Positions 1 to 10,244 of a stretch of DNA of 64,000 nt are shown here, in pieces; the stretch's first letter is position 1, and each line of letters begins with the position of its first letter. Origin of the DNA: a virus; IMG/VR virus record IMGVR_UViG_3300043436_002028, positions 4,547-68,546 of that record; one strand, given 5' to 3'. The notes under the pieces are model-generated. The model ran no database searches, was not told the origin of the DNA, and worked only from the letters and a program-made list of their open reading frames with translations. The position numbers were made by a program, and so were the translations under genes.

Positions 1-285
1 AAACGAATAACAGATACTCAAATAACATCTGAAATAATTGGAAAATCATATTCAAAATCATTTCAAGATTTTGTACAGATAATTTCAACAGACTTCTTGG
101 CAAGTCTAATAATTGAAGAAGCGCAAACTTCGACAAGCACCATCAGTGACTCTGCATCAAGGCATTCAACAAAGAATGTATCAGAATTAGTTGGCTCTAC
201 TCAAACTGTAGAGATATACAAACAAAGCTATTTCCTAGAAGACTATTCGTCTCAAAGGTATGCTGGTGAAATTTACACACTTTAA
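1..285 (+). CDS. 5'-truncated virion structural protein (hypothetical)
   Basis: Frame is open from base 1 to the stop at 285; Ser/Thr-rich; directly precedes the fibre module. Confidence 0.55.
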   Translation, partial: KRITDTQITSEIIGKSYSKSFQDFVQIISTDFLASLIIEEAQTSTSTISDSASRHSTKNVSELVGSTQTVEIYKQSYFLEDYSSQRYAGEIYTL

Positions 286-294
286 GGACTCAAA

Positions 295-747
295 ATGTTA
301 AAAGATAGCATTTCCGCCAAAGGCACGTTAACTATTGTTGTTACCGATGCTGAAGGCAAGATCAAAGAGCAACATGAGAAAAACTTAGTTGTTTCTTCTG
401 GTTTGGCTTTTATTACTAGCCGCATGGAAGGCGCTGCTTCTGCAGTTATGTCTCATATGGCTATTGGTACTAGCTCTACTGCTGCTCAAGCCTCTGACAC
501 TGCCTTGTTAGCTCAAGCTGCTAGAGTTGCCTTGACTAGCACGACTCGTGTTACTACAAACGTTACTAATGACTCAGTCCAATATGTTGCTACATTTGGT
601 CCTGGCGTTGGTACTGGTGCTATTACTGAAGCTGGTGTTTTCAACGATGGTACTACAGGCTCTATGCTCTGCCGTACTGTGTTTAACGTTGTCAATAAAG
701 ACGCTGCAGACTCAATGGCCATTACCTGGAAAATTGTTGTAGCTTAA
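295..747 (+). CDS. tail-fibre-associated structural protein
   Basis: RBS AAGGA; pattern NLVV..G...MAIGT...DTAL...TF..G.GTGAITEAG.FN recalled from phage fibre-anchor/collar proteins; precedes the fibre gene. Confidence 0.6.
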   Translation: MLKDSISAKGTLTIVVTDAEGKIKEQHEKNLVVSSGLAFITSRMEGAASAVMSHMAIGTSSTAAQASDTALLAQAARVALTSTTRVTTNVTNDSVQYVATFGPGVGTGAITEAGVFNDGTTGSMLCRTVFNVVNKDAADSMAITWKIVVA

Positions 748-762
748 TCTCAAGGGGCTAGC

Positions 763-3700
763 ATGGTTGCAATTACTACTAGAGAGATAGGTGCTACAGC
801 CAAAGGTAGCCCCTTATCCAATGCCGAAATTGATAACAACTTTATCAATCTCAAAGCAGGTATTGAAAATCTTCCTAGTGAGATTGGTGCAATCACAAAG
901 GACTTAATTGGTTTTCCAGATAGGACATCCAGTTCTTTATCATTTAACCAATCTACTAGGACAATTACTTTAGCACCTGTCTCAGGTTCTTATACGATTT
1001 ATAAAAACGGTACTGCAATAACAGTATCTACTACAAAGACGCTTGTTATCGCAGATACGAGTGGAGGTCGCTATGTTAAATACGACACCACAACAAATGA
1101 ATTAGTTGAGATTGGTTCTATTCCATCGTTTGCATCTGATATTCTTGTAGCATATGTTTATTGGGATGCTGTAAATGATAAGGCGCTAGTATTTGCTGAT
1201 GAACGACACGGATCTTCTAGAGATACCGAATGGCATAGACATCAACATTTAAACGTTGGTGCTATTTGGAGATCAGGCGGAACTGCTAGTTATTCTGCAA
1301 ACACTGCAGGTACAATGAATATTGGTTTTACAACGCCAATTACGCTGATTGATGAAGATCTTTCACACAGTATCGTTCATGCAGCATCACCTGTAAACAA
1401 TTACGAGCAAATTCTCGAAACGACGGCTTATTTACCAGTACTTTACAAGAGCGGCAGTGCTTATATAATGTCAGAGCCTGCAGCATATCCGTGGCTTGCT
1501 CCTACTGCTGGAGGTTGTGTTAAATACAATCCTCTAACAAATGGCACAGGACAGTTAGTTGATTCTGATGGAAACAAATACATTGTTTATTGGATTGTAG
1601 CAACGAACGATGTTAAGTATCCCATAAAGGCATTTATTGGTCATCTGCAGCATGCAACACTAGATGATGCTTTTGGAGAAGCATTTAATCCTTCTGGTTT
1701 TGTATTGCCAGAAATTGCCGTAATGTATCAGGTAGTATTAGCAACTAGTGCTTCTACTGCAAATACTTTTAAAGCTGTAATTGCAGCTGTTAGACGAGCA
1801 ACATCAAACGCTAACTATCAAACTTCAGTCTTACCTACAGACCATAGTAATTTAACTGGAAGAAGTTCGGCTGATCAGCATACTATTTATGCTATTACAG
1901 GTCTTCAGTCAGCTTTAGATGCTAAGTTAGCAAGCTCTAGCTATACTGCTAGTGATGTTTTAACAAAAATTAAAACAGTTGATGGTTCTGGAAGTGGTCT
2001 TGACGCAGATACTGTTGATGGTTTAAATCCTGAAAGCACAAACACTGCTGAAAGTCTTGTTAAAAGAGATGCCTCTGGAAACTTCAGTGCAGGGACTATC
2101 ACTGCTGCTTTAACAGGTAATGCATCAACAGCTACTACATTACAAACAAGTCGTTCTATAGGTTTGAGTGGCGATGTATCAGGTAGTGCAAGTTTTAATG
2201 GTAGTTCAGATATTACTATTACTGCTACAGTTGCTGATAATAGTCATGATCATACTATTGCTAACGTCACAGGACTTCAAACAGCTTTAGATGGAAAAGC
2301 AGCGGTAGGTCATATTCACACTCTTGACAATATTGTTGTAAATCAGTTAGCAGATCCTAATGCAGATCGTATATTGTTCTGGGATGACAGTGCAAGCACT
2401 CATACATATTTAGCGCCTGGAACCGGTATCTCAATTACTAGTACAAGCCTTAATGTATCAACTGCAAGCACTTCACAAGCAGGTATTGTTCAGCTTAACG
2501 ATACTGTATCTAGTACATCTACAACATTAGCAGCTACAGCTTCTGCTGTCAAGGCAGCTTACGATCTTGCTAATAATGCTATACCGACATCTCAAAAAGG
2601 TGCTGCAAATGGTGTTGCTACGCTTGACGGTTCAGGTTTAGTTCCGTCTTCACAGTTACCAAGTTTTGTTGATGATGTTCTTGAGTATGCAAACTTAGCA
2701 AGCTTCCCTGTGTCAGGGACTACAGGTAAGATATTTGTAGCAATTGATACAGGTAAGACTTATCGTTGGTCTGGGTCCGCCTATGTTGAAATTTCAGCTT
2801 CTCCTGGTTCCACTGATTCAGTAACTGAAGGTTCTACGAATCTTTATTTTACTAATGCAAGAGCAAGAGCTGCTGTATCGGCTTCAGGCAGTTTGAGTTA
2901 TAATTCTAGCACTGGAGTTTTCTCATATACTCAGCCAACAAATATAAGTACATTCACTAATGATTCTAACTATGCTACCCAAAATTATGTAAGCACTAAC
3001 TTCCAACCGTTAGATGCAGATTTGACAGCGATTGCAGGAATCTCTGCTACTTCTGGTTTACTTAGAAAAACTGCTTCTAACACTTGGTCTCTAGACACCA
3101 ATACATATTTAACTGGTAACCAGACAATCACCTTCTCTGGTGATGTTTCAGGCTCAGGTTCTACTAGTGTCTCACTCACTTTAAATACAGTAAGTGCTAC
3201 AAAAGGCGGGACTGGTTTAACATCGTATGCAATTGGTGATTTAATCTATTCAAGTGCTTCAAATACTTTAGCCAAATTAGCTGGTAATATTACTACGACT
3301 AAGATGTTCTTAAGTCAAACTGGTAATGGCTCAGCTTCGGCAGCACCAATTTGGAGTGCAGTATCTAAATCAGATGTTGGATTAGCCAACGTTGAGAACA
3401 CTGCATTATCATCTTGGAGCGGTAGTGCTAACATCACCACTTTAGGCACTATATCGTCTGGTACTTGGAATGCTACAACAATTTCTGTAGCTAAAGGAGG
3501 TACTGGTGCAACTACAGCTGCAGCCGCTAGAACAGGCTTAGGTGCTACAACTGCAGGTAGTAATTTATTTACAATTACTAATCCATCAGCAGTTACTTTC
3601 CTTAGATTTAATGCAGATAACACTGTATCAACCTTAGATGCTGCTAGCTTTAGATCTGCTATCGGTGCTGGTACATCTAGCACTACAGGTACTGTTACAT

Positions 3701-4428
3701 CTGTTTCAGGTACTGGTACTGTTTCTGGCTTGTCTCTCAGTGGTACTGTAACATCTAGTGGAAATATTACATTAGGTGGCACACTATCTGTAACACCAAG
3801 TAATTTTTCTAGTCAAACAGCCAATTATGTCCTAGCTGCACCTAATGGAACGTCTGGTACACCAACATTTAGGGCTTTAGTCGCTGCTGACATACCAACC
3901 CTAAACCAAAATACTACTGGAACAGCCAGTAATGTAACTGGTACTGTTGCTTTGGCTAATGGAGGTACTGGCGCTACTAATGCATCCTCTGCTAGATCTA
4001 ACTTAGGTTTAGCTATTGGCTCTAACGTTCAAGCTTGGGACGGTGATTTAGATGCTATTGCGGCATTAGCTGGCACTTCTGGTTTCTTAAAGAAAACAAG
4101 TACAAATACGTGGTCTTTGGATACTAGCACTTATTTAACAGGAAATCAGTCAATAACCTTTTCTGGTGATGTGTCTGGTTCTGGTACAACAAGTGTTTCG
4201 TTAACACTTAGCACTGTTTCTGTTGGTAAAGGTGGTACTGGTAAAACATCATTAACATCTAATTCATTGTTAGTTGGCAATGGCACAAGTGCTATATCTG
4301 AAATAGCACCTGGAACTGCTGGAAATACTCTTGTAAGTAACGGAAGCCAATGGGTGTCTCAAGCACCTGCAGCTTCTGGTGTATCAACTGGAAAAGCTAT
4401 TGCCATGGCTATGATCTTCGGAGGTTAA
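763..4428 (+). CDS. long side tail fibre protein
   Basis: 1221 aa, Gly/Ser/Thr-rich; fibre-shaft motifs (KGSPLSNAEIDNNF, GSGLDAD, H.H.I..V.GLQ.ALD.K, GIVQL...AAT..AVK.AYD, GGTGA); internal duplicated block. Confidence 0.85.
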   Translation: MVAITTREIGATAKGSPLSNAEIDNNFINLKAGIENLPSEIGAITKDLIGFPDRTSSSLSFNQSTRTITLAPVSGSYTIYKNGTAITVSTTKTLVIADTSGGRYVKYDTTTNELVEIGSIPSFASDILVAYVYWDAVNDKALVFADERHGSSRDTEWHRHQHLNVGAIWRSGGTASYSANTAGTMNIGFTTPITLIDEDLSHSIVHAASPVNNYEQILETTAYLPVLYKSGSAYIMSEPAAYPWLAPTAGGCVKYNPLTNGTGQLVDSDGNKYIVYWIVATNDVKYPIKAFIGHLQHATLDDAFGEAFNPSGFVLPEIAVMYQVVLATSASTANTFKAVIAAVRRATSNANYQTSVLPTDHSNLTGRSSADQHTIYAITGLQSALDAKLASSSYTASDVLTKIKTVDGSGSGLDADTVDGLNPESTNTAESLVKRDASGNFSAGTITAALTGNASTATTLQTSRSIGLSGDVSGSASFNGSSDITITATVADNSHDHTIANVTGLQTALDGKAAVGHIHTLDNIVVNQLADPNADRILFWDDSASTHTYLAPGTGISITSTSLNVSTASTSQAGIVQLNDTVSSTSTTLAATASAVKAAYDLANNAIPTSQKGAANGVATLDGSGLVPSSQLPSFVDDVLEYANLASFPVSGTTGKIFVAIDTGKTYRWSGSAYVEISASPGSTDSVTEGSTNLYFTNARARAAVSASGSLSYNSSTGVFSYTQPTNISTFTNDSNYATQNYVSTNFQPLDADLTAIAGISATSGLLRKTASNTWSLDTNTYLTGNQTITFSGDVSGSGSTSVSLTLNTVSATKGGTGLTSYAIGDLIYSSASNTLAKLAGNITTTKMFLSQTGNGSASAAPIWSAVSKSDVGLANVENTALSSWSGSANITTLGTISSGTWNATTISVAKGGTGATTAAAARTGLGATTAGSNLFTITNPSAVTFLRFNADNTVSTLDAASFRSAIGAGTSSTTGTVTSVSGTGTVSGLSLSGTVTSSGNITLGGTLSVTPSNFSSQTANYVLAAPNGTSGTPTFRALVAADIPTLNQNTTGTASNVTGTVALANGGTGATNASSARSNLGLAIGSNVQAWDGDLDAIAALAGTSGFLKKTSTNTWSLDTSTYLTGNQSITFSGDVSGSGTTSVSLTLSTVSVGKGGTGKTSLTSNSLLVGNGTSAISEIAPGTAGNTLVSNGSQWVSQAPAASGVSTGKAIAMAMIFGG

Positions 4429-4429
4429 T

Positions 4430-4804
4430 ATGGCTGCACCAAATATTGTAAACGTTTCAACTATTATTGGAAAGACGGCGTACTTAACGCCTGCAAATAC
4501 ATCTGCAAACGTATTATTAGCAAACTCAGCAAGTAGTGGTAAAGTTTTTAAAATAAACTCTATCATGGCTACTAATATTGATGGCACTAATGCTATTGCT
4601 GCTACGGTTTCTATAAACACCTCGGCAGGTGGTAGTGGAACTTCATATCAAATTGCTTCAACAATTTCTGTTCCTGCAAATGCAGCATTGATTCTTTGTG
4701 ATAAATCCACAGCGTTTTATCTTGAAGAAGATAAATCAATTGTTGTAACTTCAGGCACGTCTAGCAAGATAGCATTTGTTGTAACTTACGAGGAGATTTC
4801 GTAA
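4430..4804 (+). CDS. small fibre-associated beta-sandwich protein
   Basis: Coupled to the fibre gene ending ...KAIAMAMIFGG; MAAPNIVNV-type protein recalled downstream of such fibres in aquatic phages. Confidence 0.55.
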   Translation: MAAPNIVNVSTIIGKTAYLTPANTSANVLLANSASSGKVFKINSIMATNIDGTNAIAATVSINTSAGGSGTSYQIASTISVPANAALILCDKSTAFYLEEDKSIVVTSGTSSKIAFVVTYEEIS

Positions 4805-6003
4805 TGAGCAGACGGTATAAAGCGGGACTGGTAACTGCTTCTGAACCAAGTAGCTCTGGTACGCCTTATACCGGCGCTGCTTCGGGTTCTTGGATTCGCC
4901 AGAGGCATTCACAATCTGTTTTTGAGAGTGCGTGGCCAAAAGCAACAAGCGTTCCAGGAGCACCTACAAGTGTACAAGCCTCAGCTGGTAACGCTCAAGC
5001 TACTGTAACATTTATCGCCCCTACTGATACAGGTGGCTTATCTATCACAAGTTATGTTGTAACATCAAACCCTGGAAATATTACAGCCTCTGGCAGTTCT
5101 TCTCCCATTAATATAACAGGGTTAACAAATGGAACTAGTTACACTTTTACAGTAAAAGCTGTAAATGCAGCTGGCTCTAGTGCATCAAGTGGTGCTTCAA
5201 ACGCAATTACTCCCACAAATGTCGTTACTGGAGAATCCAGTTATACAACTGCTGGAACTTATTCTTGGACATGTCCAAGCGGTGTTACTTCAGTCTCTGT
5301 TGTAGCTGTTGGTGCTGGCGGTACTGGTGGAGCTTATGGAGGTTCTGCAGGTTCACTAGCATACAAGAACAATATTGCAGTAACTCCAGGACAATCTTAC
5401 ACAGTTGTCGTAGGCGCTACCAATGCCCAAGTTTATGCCTCTCCTTACTCATTTACTGCAGGTTCGTCATCATTTGGCTCTAGCACACCATTAGTTGCGA
5501 ATGGCGGTTTTGGAGGATACTCTGGTGATGTCTCCAGCCCACAAATTGGAAGTGGCTATGATGGAGGTGGCAGAGGTGGTGCTGGCTCTACTGACTACTA
5601 TACTGCTGAATATGGATATCGTAGTGGACAGGGTGGTGGCGCTGGAGGCTATACTGGTAATGGCGGCTCTGGTGGATTTGGACCAGCTGCAGGCGGAAAT
5701 GGCTCTGGTGGAGGTGGCGGTGGAGGCTCAAGTGGTCCTAATAACGTTACGACAGGCGGAGGCGGTGTTCTTTTATTAGGACAGGGTAGTAATGGAGCAG
5801 GTGGTGGTTTTAATGCTGGAACACCAGGCGGTGGAGGTTCTTTTGGAAACAATGGCTCTGGTGTACAAGGTGGCTTATATGGTGGTGCGTCAGGCGGTAT
5901 AGGTAGTATAGCCAATAGCTCTAACCAAGGTAAGAATGGCGCTGTTAGAATTATTTGGGGAAGTGGAAGAGCATTTCCATCAACGAATACAGGTGTATTA
6001 TGA
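4804..6003 (+). CDS. fibronectin type III + glycine-rich receptor-binding/fibre tip protein
   Basis: FN3 motif PGAPTSV...P.DTGG..ITSY.V...GLTNGTSYTFTVKA.N; YSWTCPSGVTSVSVVAVGAGG followed by a Gly-rich domain. Confidence 0.75.
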   Translation: MSRRYKAGLVTASEPSSSGTPYTGAASGSWIRQRHSQSVFESAWPKATSVPGAPTSVQASAGNAQATVTFIAPTDTGGLSITSYVVTSNPGNITASGSSSPINITGLTNGTSYTFTVKAVNAAGSSASSGASNAITPTNVVTGESSYTTAGTYSWTCPSGVTSVSVVAVGAGGTGGAYGGSAGSLAYKNNIAVTPGQSYTVVVGATNAQVYASPYSFTAGSSSFGSSTPLVANGGFGGYSGDVSSPQIGSGYDGGGRGGAGSTDYYTAEYGYRSGQGGGAGGYTGNGGSGGFGPAAGGNGSGGGGGGGSSGPNNVTTGGGGVLLLGQGSNGAGGGFNAGTPGGGGSFGNNGSGVQGGLYGGASGGIGSIANSSNQGKNGAVRIIWGSGRAFPSTNTGVL

Positions 6004-6815
6004 GAACAAGATATCAAAATGGCTTAATAACAGCCTCAAGGCAAACTCCTGTATCTAATTCAAAAACTACTCCTGCAAATGGAGTATTTCCAGTTGATAT
6101 TGTAGCTCAGTTAATTCAAAAGAATAAATGGCCGAAAACAACTGGTGGTGCTATCAGTTATCTTACTCCTGGCACTTACTCATGGGTTGCTCCAGCTGGC
6201 GTTACTTCAGTGACAGTTACCGGAAGAGGTGGTAGTGGTGCAGGACAGCAAAGTTCTTATACTTCCTTTGGATGGAATATTATATCAGCCGGTCCTACTT
6301 ATAGCGGCAGTAACTGTTTTGGCACATCCCTTGGATCGTCTTTAACAAAATCTTTTTGTGATGGTGTTGTATCTAGTGCTTTAAGCACCTTAAATGCAGT
6401 TCCTTTATTTACAAATACAATTACCTCTGTAGGAATTGCTTATTTAATGTATTGCAGTACAACATCTTTGTACTTAAGATACATTAGCAGCATCAGTCAG
6501 CAATTGTACAGAACAGGTACACCTTCAATTTCTAGTAACTTGGCTTCAATGCCTTCTAGTATTTCAGGTGGATGGTCTTTTACACCAGTTGCATATGAGC
6601 CTACTAACGTTTCTGTAGTTAGTACAACAGGCCCTTATGCTGGAGGTGCTTCGACTGCCTTTGGATATACCTTTGCAGGCGCTAATTCAGGAGTTGATGC
6701 ATCACCTGCTGCAGTTACCTATTCAAATATCTCTGTAACTCCAGGACAATCTTACACTATTGTTGTAGGTACTGATTACGGAAGTGATTTAAGTTTTGTA
6801 ACAATTGAATACTAA
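6000..6815 (+). CDS. fibre tip protein, paralogue of the upstream gene
   Basis: Shares the MR.RY..GL.TAS N-terminus, PGTYSW.AP.GVTSV and N..VTPGQSYT.VVG with 4804-6003; start at ATGA overlap. Confidence 0.65.
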   Translation: MRTRYQNGLITASRQTPVSNSKTTPANGVFPVDIVAQLIQKNKWPKTTGGAISYLTPGTYSWVAPAGVTSVTVTGRGGSGAGQQSSYTSFGWNIISAGPTYSGSNCFGTSLGSSLTKSFCDGVVSSALSTLNAVPLFTNTITSVGIAYLMYCSTTSLYLRYISSISQQLYRTGTPSISSNLASMPSSISGGWSFTPVAYEPTNVSVVSTTGPYAGGASTAFGYTFAGANSGVDASPAAVTYSNISVTPGQSYTIVVGTDYGSDLSFVTIEY

Positions 6816-6822
6816 GGCTAAT

Positions 6823-7335
6823 ATGGAACAATTATTTTTAAAATTAGAAAATGGAGTTCCTGCTGGCTATCCAATATTGGAATCTAACTTAAGAGAGTTA
6901 GTCACAAGGCAACTTCCATATATCATAAAACCGCAGGATTTAGAAAATACTGGATTTGTTCTTTTCGAACCAAATGATCCACCAGAAGAAATTGACCAAG
7001 GTCTTGTGTTTGAAACTTTTGTAGAAGGCTATGAAAGGAACTCTACAGGTTCTTATTCTTATAAGTTCAAGAAACAATTAAAATTTTCAGGAACTTGTGA
7101 AATTGACAGCCCTGGAAATAACGCCATGGCTAGAGCTTATCTAGAAGATCAAATAAATAATTCCATACGTAGTCAAGTTGCTGTAGCCGAAATACGGTTA
7201 AACAGCTTATCTCTATTGTACACAGAAAGATTAGCTTTAGAGAAATACGTTTTGGAATTAAAAAATATTCCCAATCAAGCCTTGTTCCCTTTTAAAGTTA
7301 CATGGCCTGAATATCCCATATTTTTAGACCTTTAG
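6823..7335 (+). CDS. tail fibre assembly chaperone-like protein
   Basis: C-terminal L.NIP.Q..FP..VTWP; paralogous to the next ORF. Confidence 0.6.
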   Translation: MEQLFLKLENGVPAGYPILESNLRELVTRQLPYIIKPQDLENTGFVLFEPNDPPEEIDQGLVFETFVEGYERNSTGSYSYKFKKQLKFSGTCEIDSPGNNAMARAYLEDQINNSIRSQVAVAEIRLNSLSLLYTERLALEKYVLELKNIPNQALFPFKVTWPEYPIFLDL

Positions 7336-7346
7336 TGAGGTGCGTA

Positions 7347-7820
7347 ATGACAATGTTTGTTAAACTGGAGGGTGATCAACCTTCTAAATATCCAATAACC
7401 GAAGAAAACTTAAAGATTCTTTTTCCAAATCACACCTTTCCTAATATTTATACACCAGATTTTGTAAAATCTCTTGGTTTTGGCATGTATGAGTTTACTC
7501 AAATCCCATACCAAGAGTATCCAAACATTGCAGACGAAGATTTTCCAACTCTAGGTTCTAATGGAATTTACTACCAAAGATGGATAGTAAGACCAATGAC
7601 TGAAAGTGAGCGTGAAACAGCTACTTTTGAAAGAGCCAGAAAAGTTAGAGTGGAAAGAATGTTAAGTCTATCTCGTTGCGACTGGACACAATTACCAGAT
7701 ACTGGTCTTTCAGAAGAATCTAGAACCAATTGGACTTTATATAGACAAAAACTGAGAGACCTTCCTCAACAAGAAGGTTTTCCATGGGCTGTAACTTGGC
7801 CGATACCTCCTGACGCTTAG
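7347..7820 (+). CDS. tail fibre assembly chaperone
   Basis: L..CDWTQLPD...W..YRQ.LRDLPQQ.GFP..V.WP.PP signature. Confidence 0.8.
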   Translation: MTMFVKLEGDQPSKYPITEENLKILFPNHTFPNIYTPDFVKSLGFGMYEFTQIPYQEYPNIADEDFPTLGSNGIYYQRWIVRPMTESERETATFERARKVRVERMLSLSRCDWTQLPDTGLSEESRTNWTLYRQKLRDLPQQEGFPWAVTWPIPPDA

Positions 7821-7851
7821 GGGTTAGGCATTTTAATGGAAAGTTGGGAAA

Positions 7852-8109
7852 ATGAGCGATAATCAACAACTTTTTAACATTGTTGTAGGTGTATGTGGCG
7901 CATTGGGAGGCTGGTCAATGAAGGTGATGTGGGACACACTTCGAGATCTTCAAAAGTCAGACAAACAATTAGCCGAAAAGCTGTCTAATATCGAAGTTAT
8001 TGTTGCAGGCGATTACGTTAAACGTGAAGAACTTGCAAAAATTACTGAGACACTGTTTAATAAGTTAGACAGAATTGAGGAAAAATTAGATAAGAAGGTG
8101 GATAAATGA
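7852..8109 (+). CDS. single-TM coiled-coil membrane protein (possible holin/antiholin-like)
   Basis: N-terminal hydrophobic helix, C-terminal coiled coil ending LDRIEEKLDKKVDK. Confidence 0.5.
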   Translation: MSDNQQLFNIVVGVCGALGGWSMKVMWDTLRDLQKSDKQLAEKLSNIEVIVAGDYVKREELAKITETLFNKLDRIEEKLDKKVDK

Positions 8110-8333
8110 TTAGTATTAATCCTAAGGTTACTTCTAAAATTGAAGACTCTGTAACAATTACTAAAGAAGTTAAGGCTACAGAGCCTAAAGCTGAAATTAG
8201 TAAATTTCAAGACTGTGTTCCTGCTAATTGGGTTATCATCTTAGAAGGTGATAATTTTACAGCACGGAATAACAATAGTGGTGAAACCTTTAAAGGCACA
8301 ATCGCTGAGTTCAATGCAAAATTGAGAGGCTAA
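8106..8333 (+). CDS. hypothetical protein
   Basis: ATGA overlap upstream and abuts the portal start. Confidence 0.55.
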   Translation: MISINPKVTSKIEDSVTITKEVKATEPKAEISKFQDCVPANWVIILEGDNFTARNNNSGETFKGTIAEFNAKLRG

Positions 8334-8335
8334 AA

Positions 8336-9967
8336 ATGGCTGTCGTAAACGCTGCTCAAGCTACAGTAAAAACCGTAGCTGATCCAAATGCCTCATTTGA
8401 GTCTTTGAAGCCTTTGTGGAATAAATGCAGAGCCGTTTGTAGCGGGGAGCGTTATGTTAAAGATTTTGATGGGACTATTGATACCCTTCGCTTTAGCAAT
8501 TTACTGATTCCATTCTCTCCGTCTATGGATCAAAAGCAATACGACTTCTATAAAGCAGAAGCCGAATTGCCTGGTATCGTAGCACAATTCTCAAAGATGC
8601 TTGTTGGTGGTTTGTTAAGGAAACAGCCTGTTCTATCGTTACCTGATAATGTGCCTTCAGAGGCACAAAACTGGATAATGAATGAATTTGGCAAAGATGA
8701 CTCACCTCTTGCGTCATTCTTAGATTCTGCACTCTGGGAAGAAGTCCAGACAAGTCGTGCTTGGATTTTTGTAGATTATCCTACTATCAAGAATCCAGAG
8801 ACACTGACTAGACAAGATATCGCTAAATATAAGCCTTATCCTATTTTAGTTCAAGCTGAATCCGTAATTAACTGGCGCATTGCTACTGATGAGCTGGGCA
8901 GAAACATCTTAAATCGGGTTATTGTTCGTGGTTTCAAAGAAAAATATGAAACTAATGAATTTCACCCCGACTTGATTGAAGTTGTTTATGTTCATGAATT
9001 AGACGAATCAGGCTATTATCAAATTCGTGTGTTTGAAAGAAAAGACATTGCAACAGATGTTCCTGTGGTAGCTGGTCAAATTGTCAAACAGCCTGGTAAA
9101 TATAAAGTAGCTTTTGAGCTTGCTGACACAATTACTAATATAATGGCTAATGACAAGCGACTTAAAATGATTCCTGCTTGGCCATTAAATGGTAGTATTG
9201 ATGCAATAGAGCCAATGTTGTCTCCCATTATTGACAAAGAAATTTCTTTGTATAATAAAATGAGCAGACGCAATCATTTATTGTATGGCGCTTCTACATA
9301 TACACCTTACATTGCGTCTGATATGTCAGATGATGACTTTGACGAAATTGTGTCTGGTGGTTTAGGTACATGGATTCGATTGCGACAAGGTGATACTGCA
9401 GGTGTTCTTGATACGCCTACGGCTGCTCTTCAAGATATGGATAGAGCAATTGGTGCTGCTATTGAAGAAATGGCAAAGATGGGTATTAGAATGCTTACAC
9501 CTGAGACTGCACAATCCGGTGTTGCATTAGAAATCCGTAATGCTGCTCAAACTGCTCAGTTAGGAACGCTGAACAATAAAATCAGTAATATTATGAGGCA
9601 AGTTATTGCCTTTATGATTAACTGGCGTTATGATTTAGAATTGAAGCCTGCTGATGTTGAATTCTCACTATCTGCTGACTTTAATCCTATCCCTCTTGGT
9701 GCTGACTGGCTCAGACTTGCAACAGAGTGGTATCAACAAGGGCTTATTCCTCGTTCTGTTTGGCTTGATATGCTTAAGCAGAATGATATGATATCGCCTG
9801 ATTACAATGATGTTGAGGGTCAACAAGAGATAACAGCTGACAGTATGATTAATCTTGATCGTCAAGCTAATTTAGCGTATGCTGAACAAATAGCAGCTCA
9901 AAAGTTAAATTTAACAGACGATAAAGACGACGATAATGTTGAAGTAGGAGAACAAAATGGCCGGTAA
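8336..9967 (+). CDS. portal protein (DUF4055-like)
   Basis: 543 aa; Y..Y...A.L, L.RK.P, AES.INWR, SG.AL pattern; position ahead of MuF, scaffold and capsid. Confidence 0.85.
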   Translation: MAVVNAAQATVKTVADPNASFESLKPLWNKCRAVCSGERYVKDFDGTIDTLRFSNLLIPFSPSMDQKQYDFYKAEAELPGIVAQFSKMLVGGLLRKQPVLSLPDNVPSEAQNWIMNEFGKDDSPLASFLDSALWEEVQTSRAWIFVDYPTIKNPETLTRQDIAKYKPYPILVQAESVINWRIATDELGRNILNRVIVRGFKEKYETNEFHPDLIEVVYVHELDESGYYQIRVFERKDIATDVPVVAGQIVKQPGKYKVAFELADTITNIMANDKRLKMIPAWPLNGSIDAIEPMLSPIIDKEISLYNKMSRRNHLLYGASTYTPYIASDMSDDDFDEIVSGGLGTWIRLRQGDTAGVLDTPTAALQDMDRAIGAAIEEMAKMGIRMLTPETAQSGVALEIRNAAQTAQLGTLNNKISNIMRQVIAFMINWRYDLELKPADVEFSLSADFNPIPLGADWLRLATEWYQQGLIPRSVWLDMLKQNDMISPDYNDVEGQQEITADSMINLDRQANLAYAEQIAAQKLNLTDDKDDDNVEVGEQNGR

Positions 9968-10214
9968 ACGTGGAGCACCAGTAGGTAACAAAAATGCTAC
10001 TGGTGGCAAAAGTAGCAAAAGTGGTTTCGGTTCTGCATCTCAAGCTATTAAAGCTTTTGGACCAAGACCCTCATCAGGTTTTTTAGGTTTGTCTTCAGAG
10101 CGTGCTAAGTTTGATGCAAGAGTTGATAATTATTTAGGTCATTCTGGAAATAAAAAGCCAGGAGGCCTCTATAAAATAGCAACAAAAAGTTCTATAAAAG
10201 CTGGTAATTGGTAA
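9957..10214 (+). CDS. small basic Gly-rich protein
   Basis: RBS AGGAG; N-terminal GAPVGNKNA motif; Lys/Gly-rich. Confidence 0.55.
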   Translation: MAGKRGAPVGNKNATGGKSSKSGFGSASQAIKAFGPRPSSGFLGLSSERAKFDARVDNYLGHSGNKKPGGLYKIATKSSIKAGNW

Positions 10215-10244
10215 AGCAATACTTAAAAGGCTAAGAAATAAACT

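Noticed and set aside
3010-4250. Duplicated block in the fibre gene as a possible DGR template/variable repeat
   Set aside because: Both copies are in-frame coding with mostly synonymous differences rather than adenine-specific ones; no reverse transcriptase in the window.
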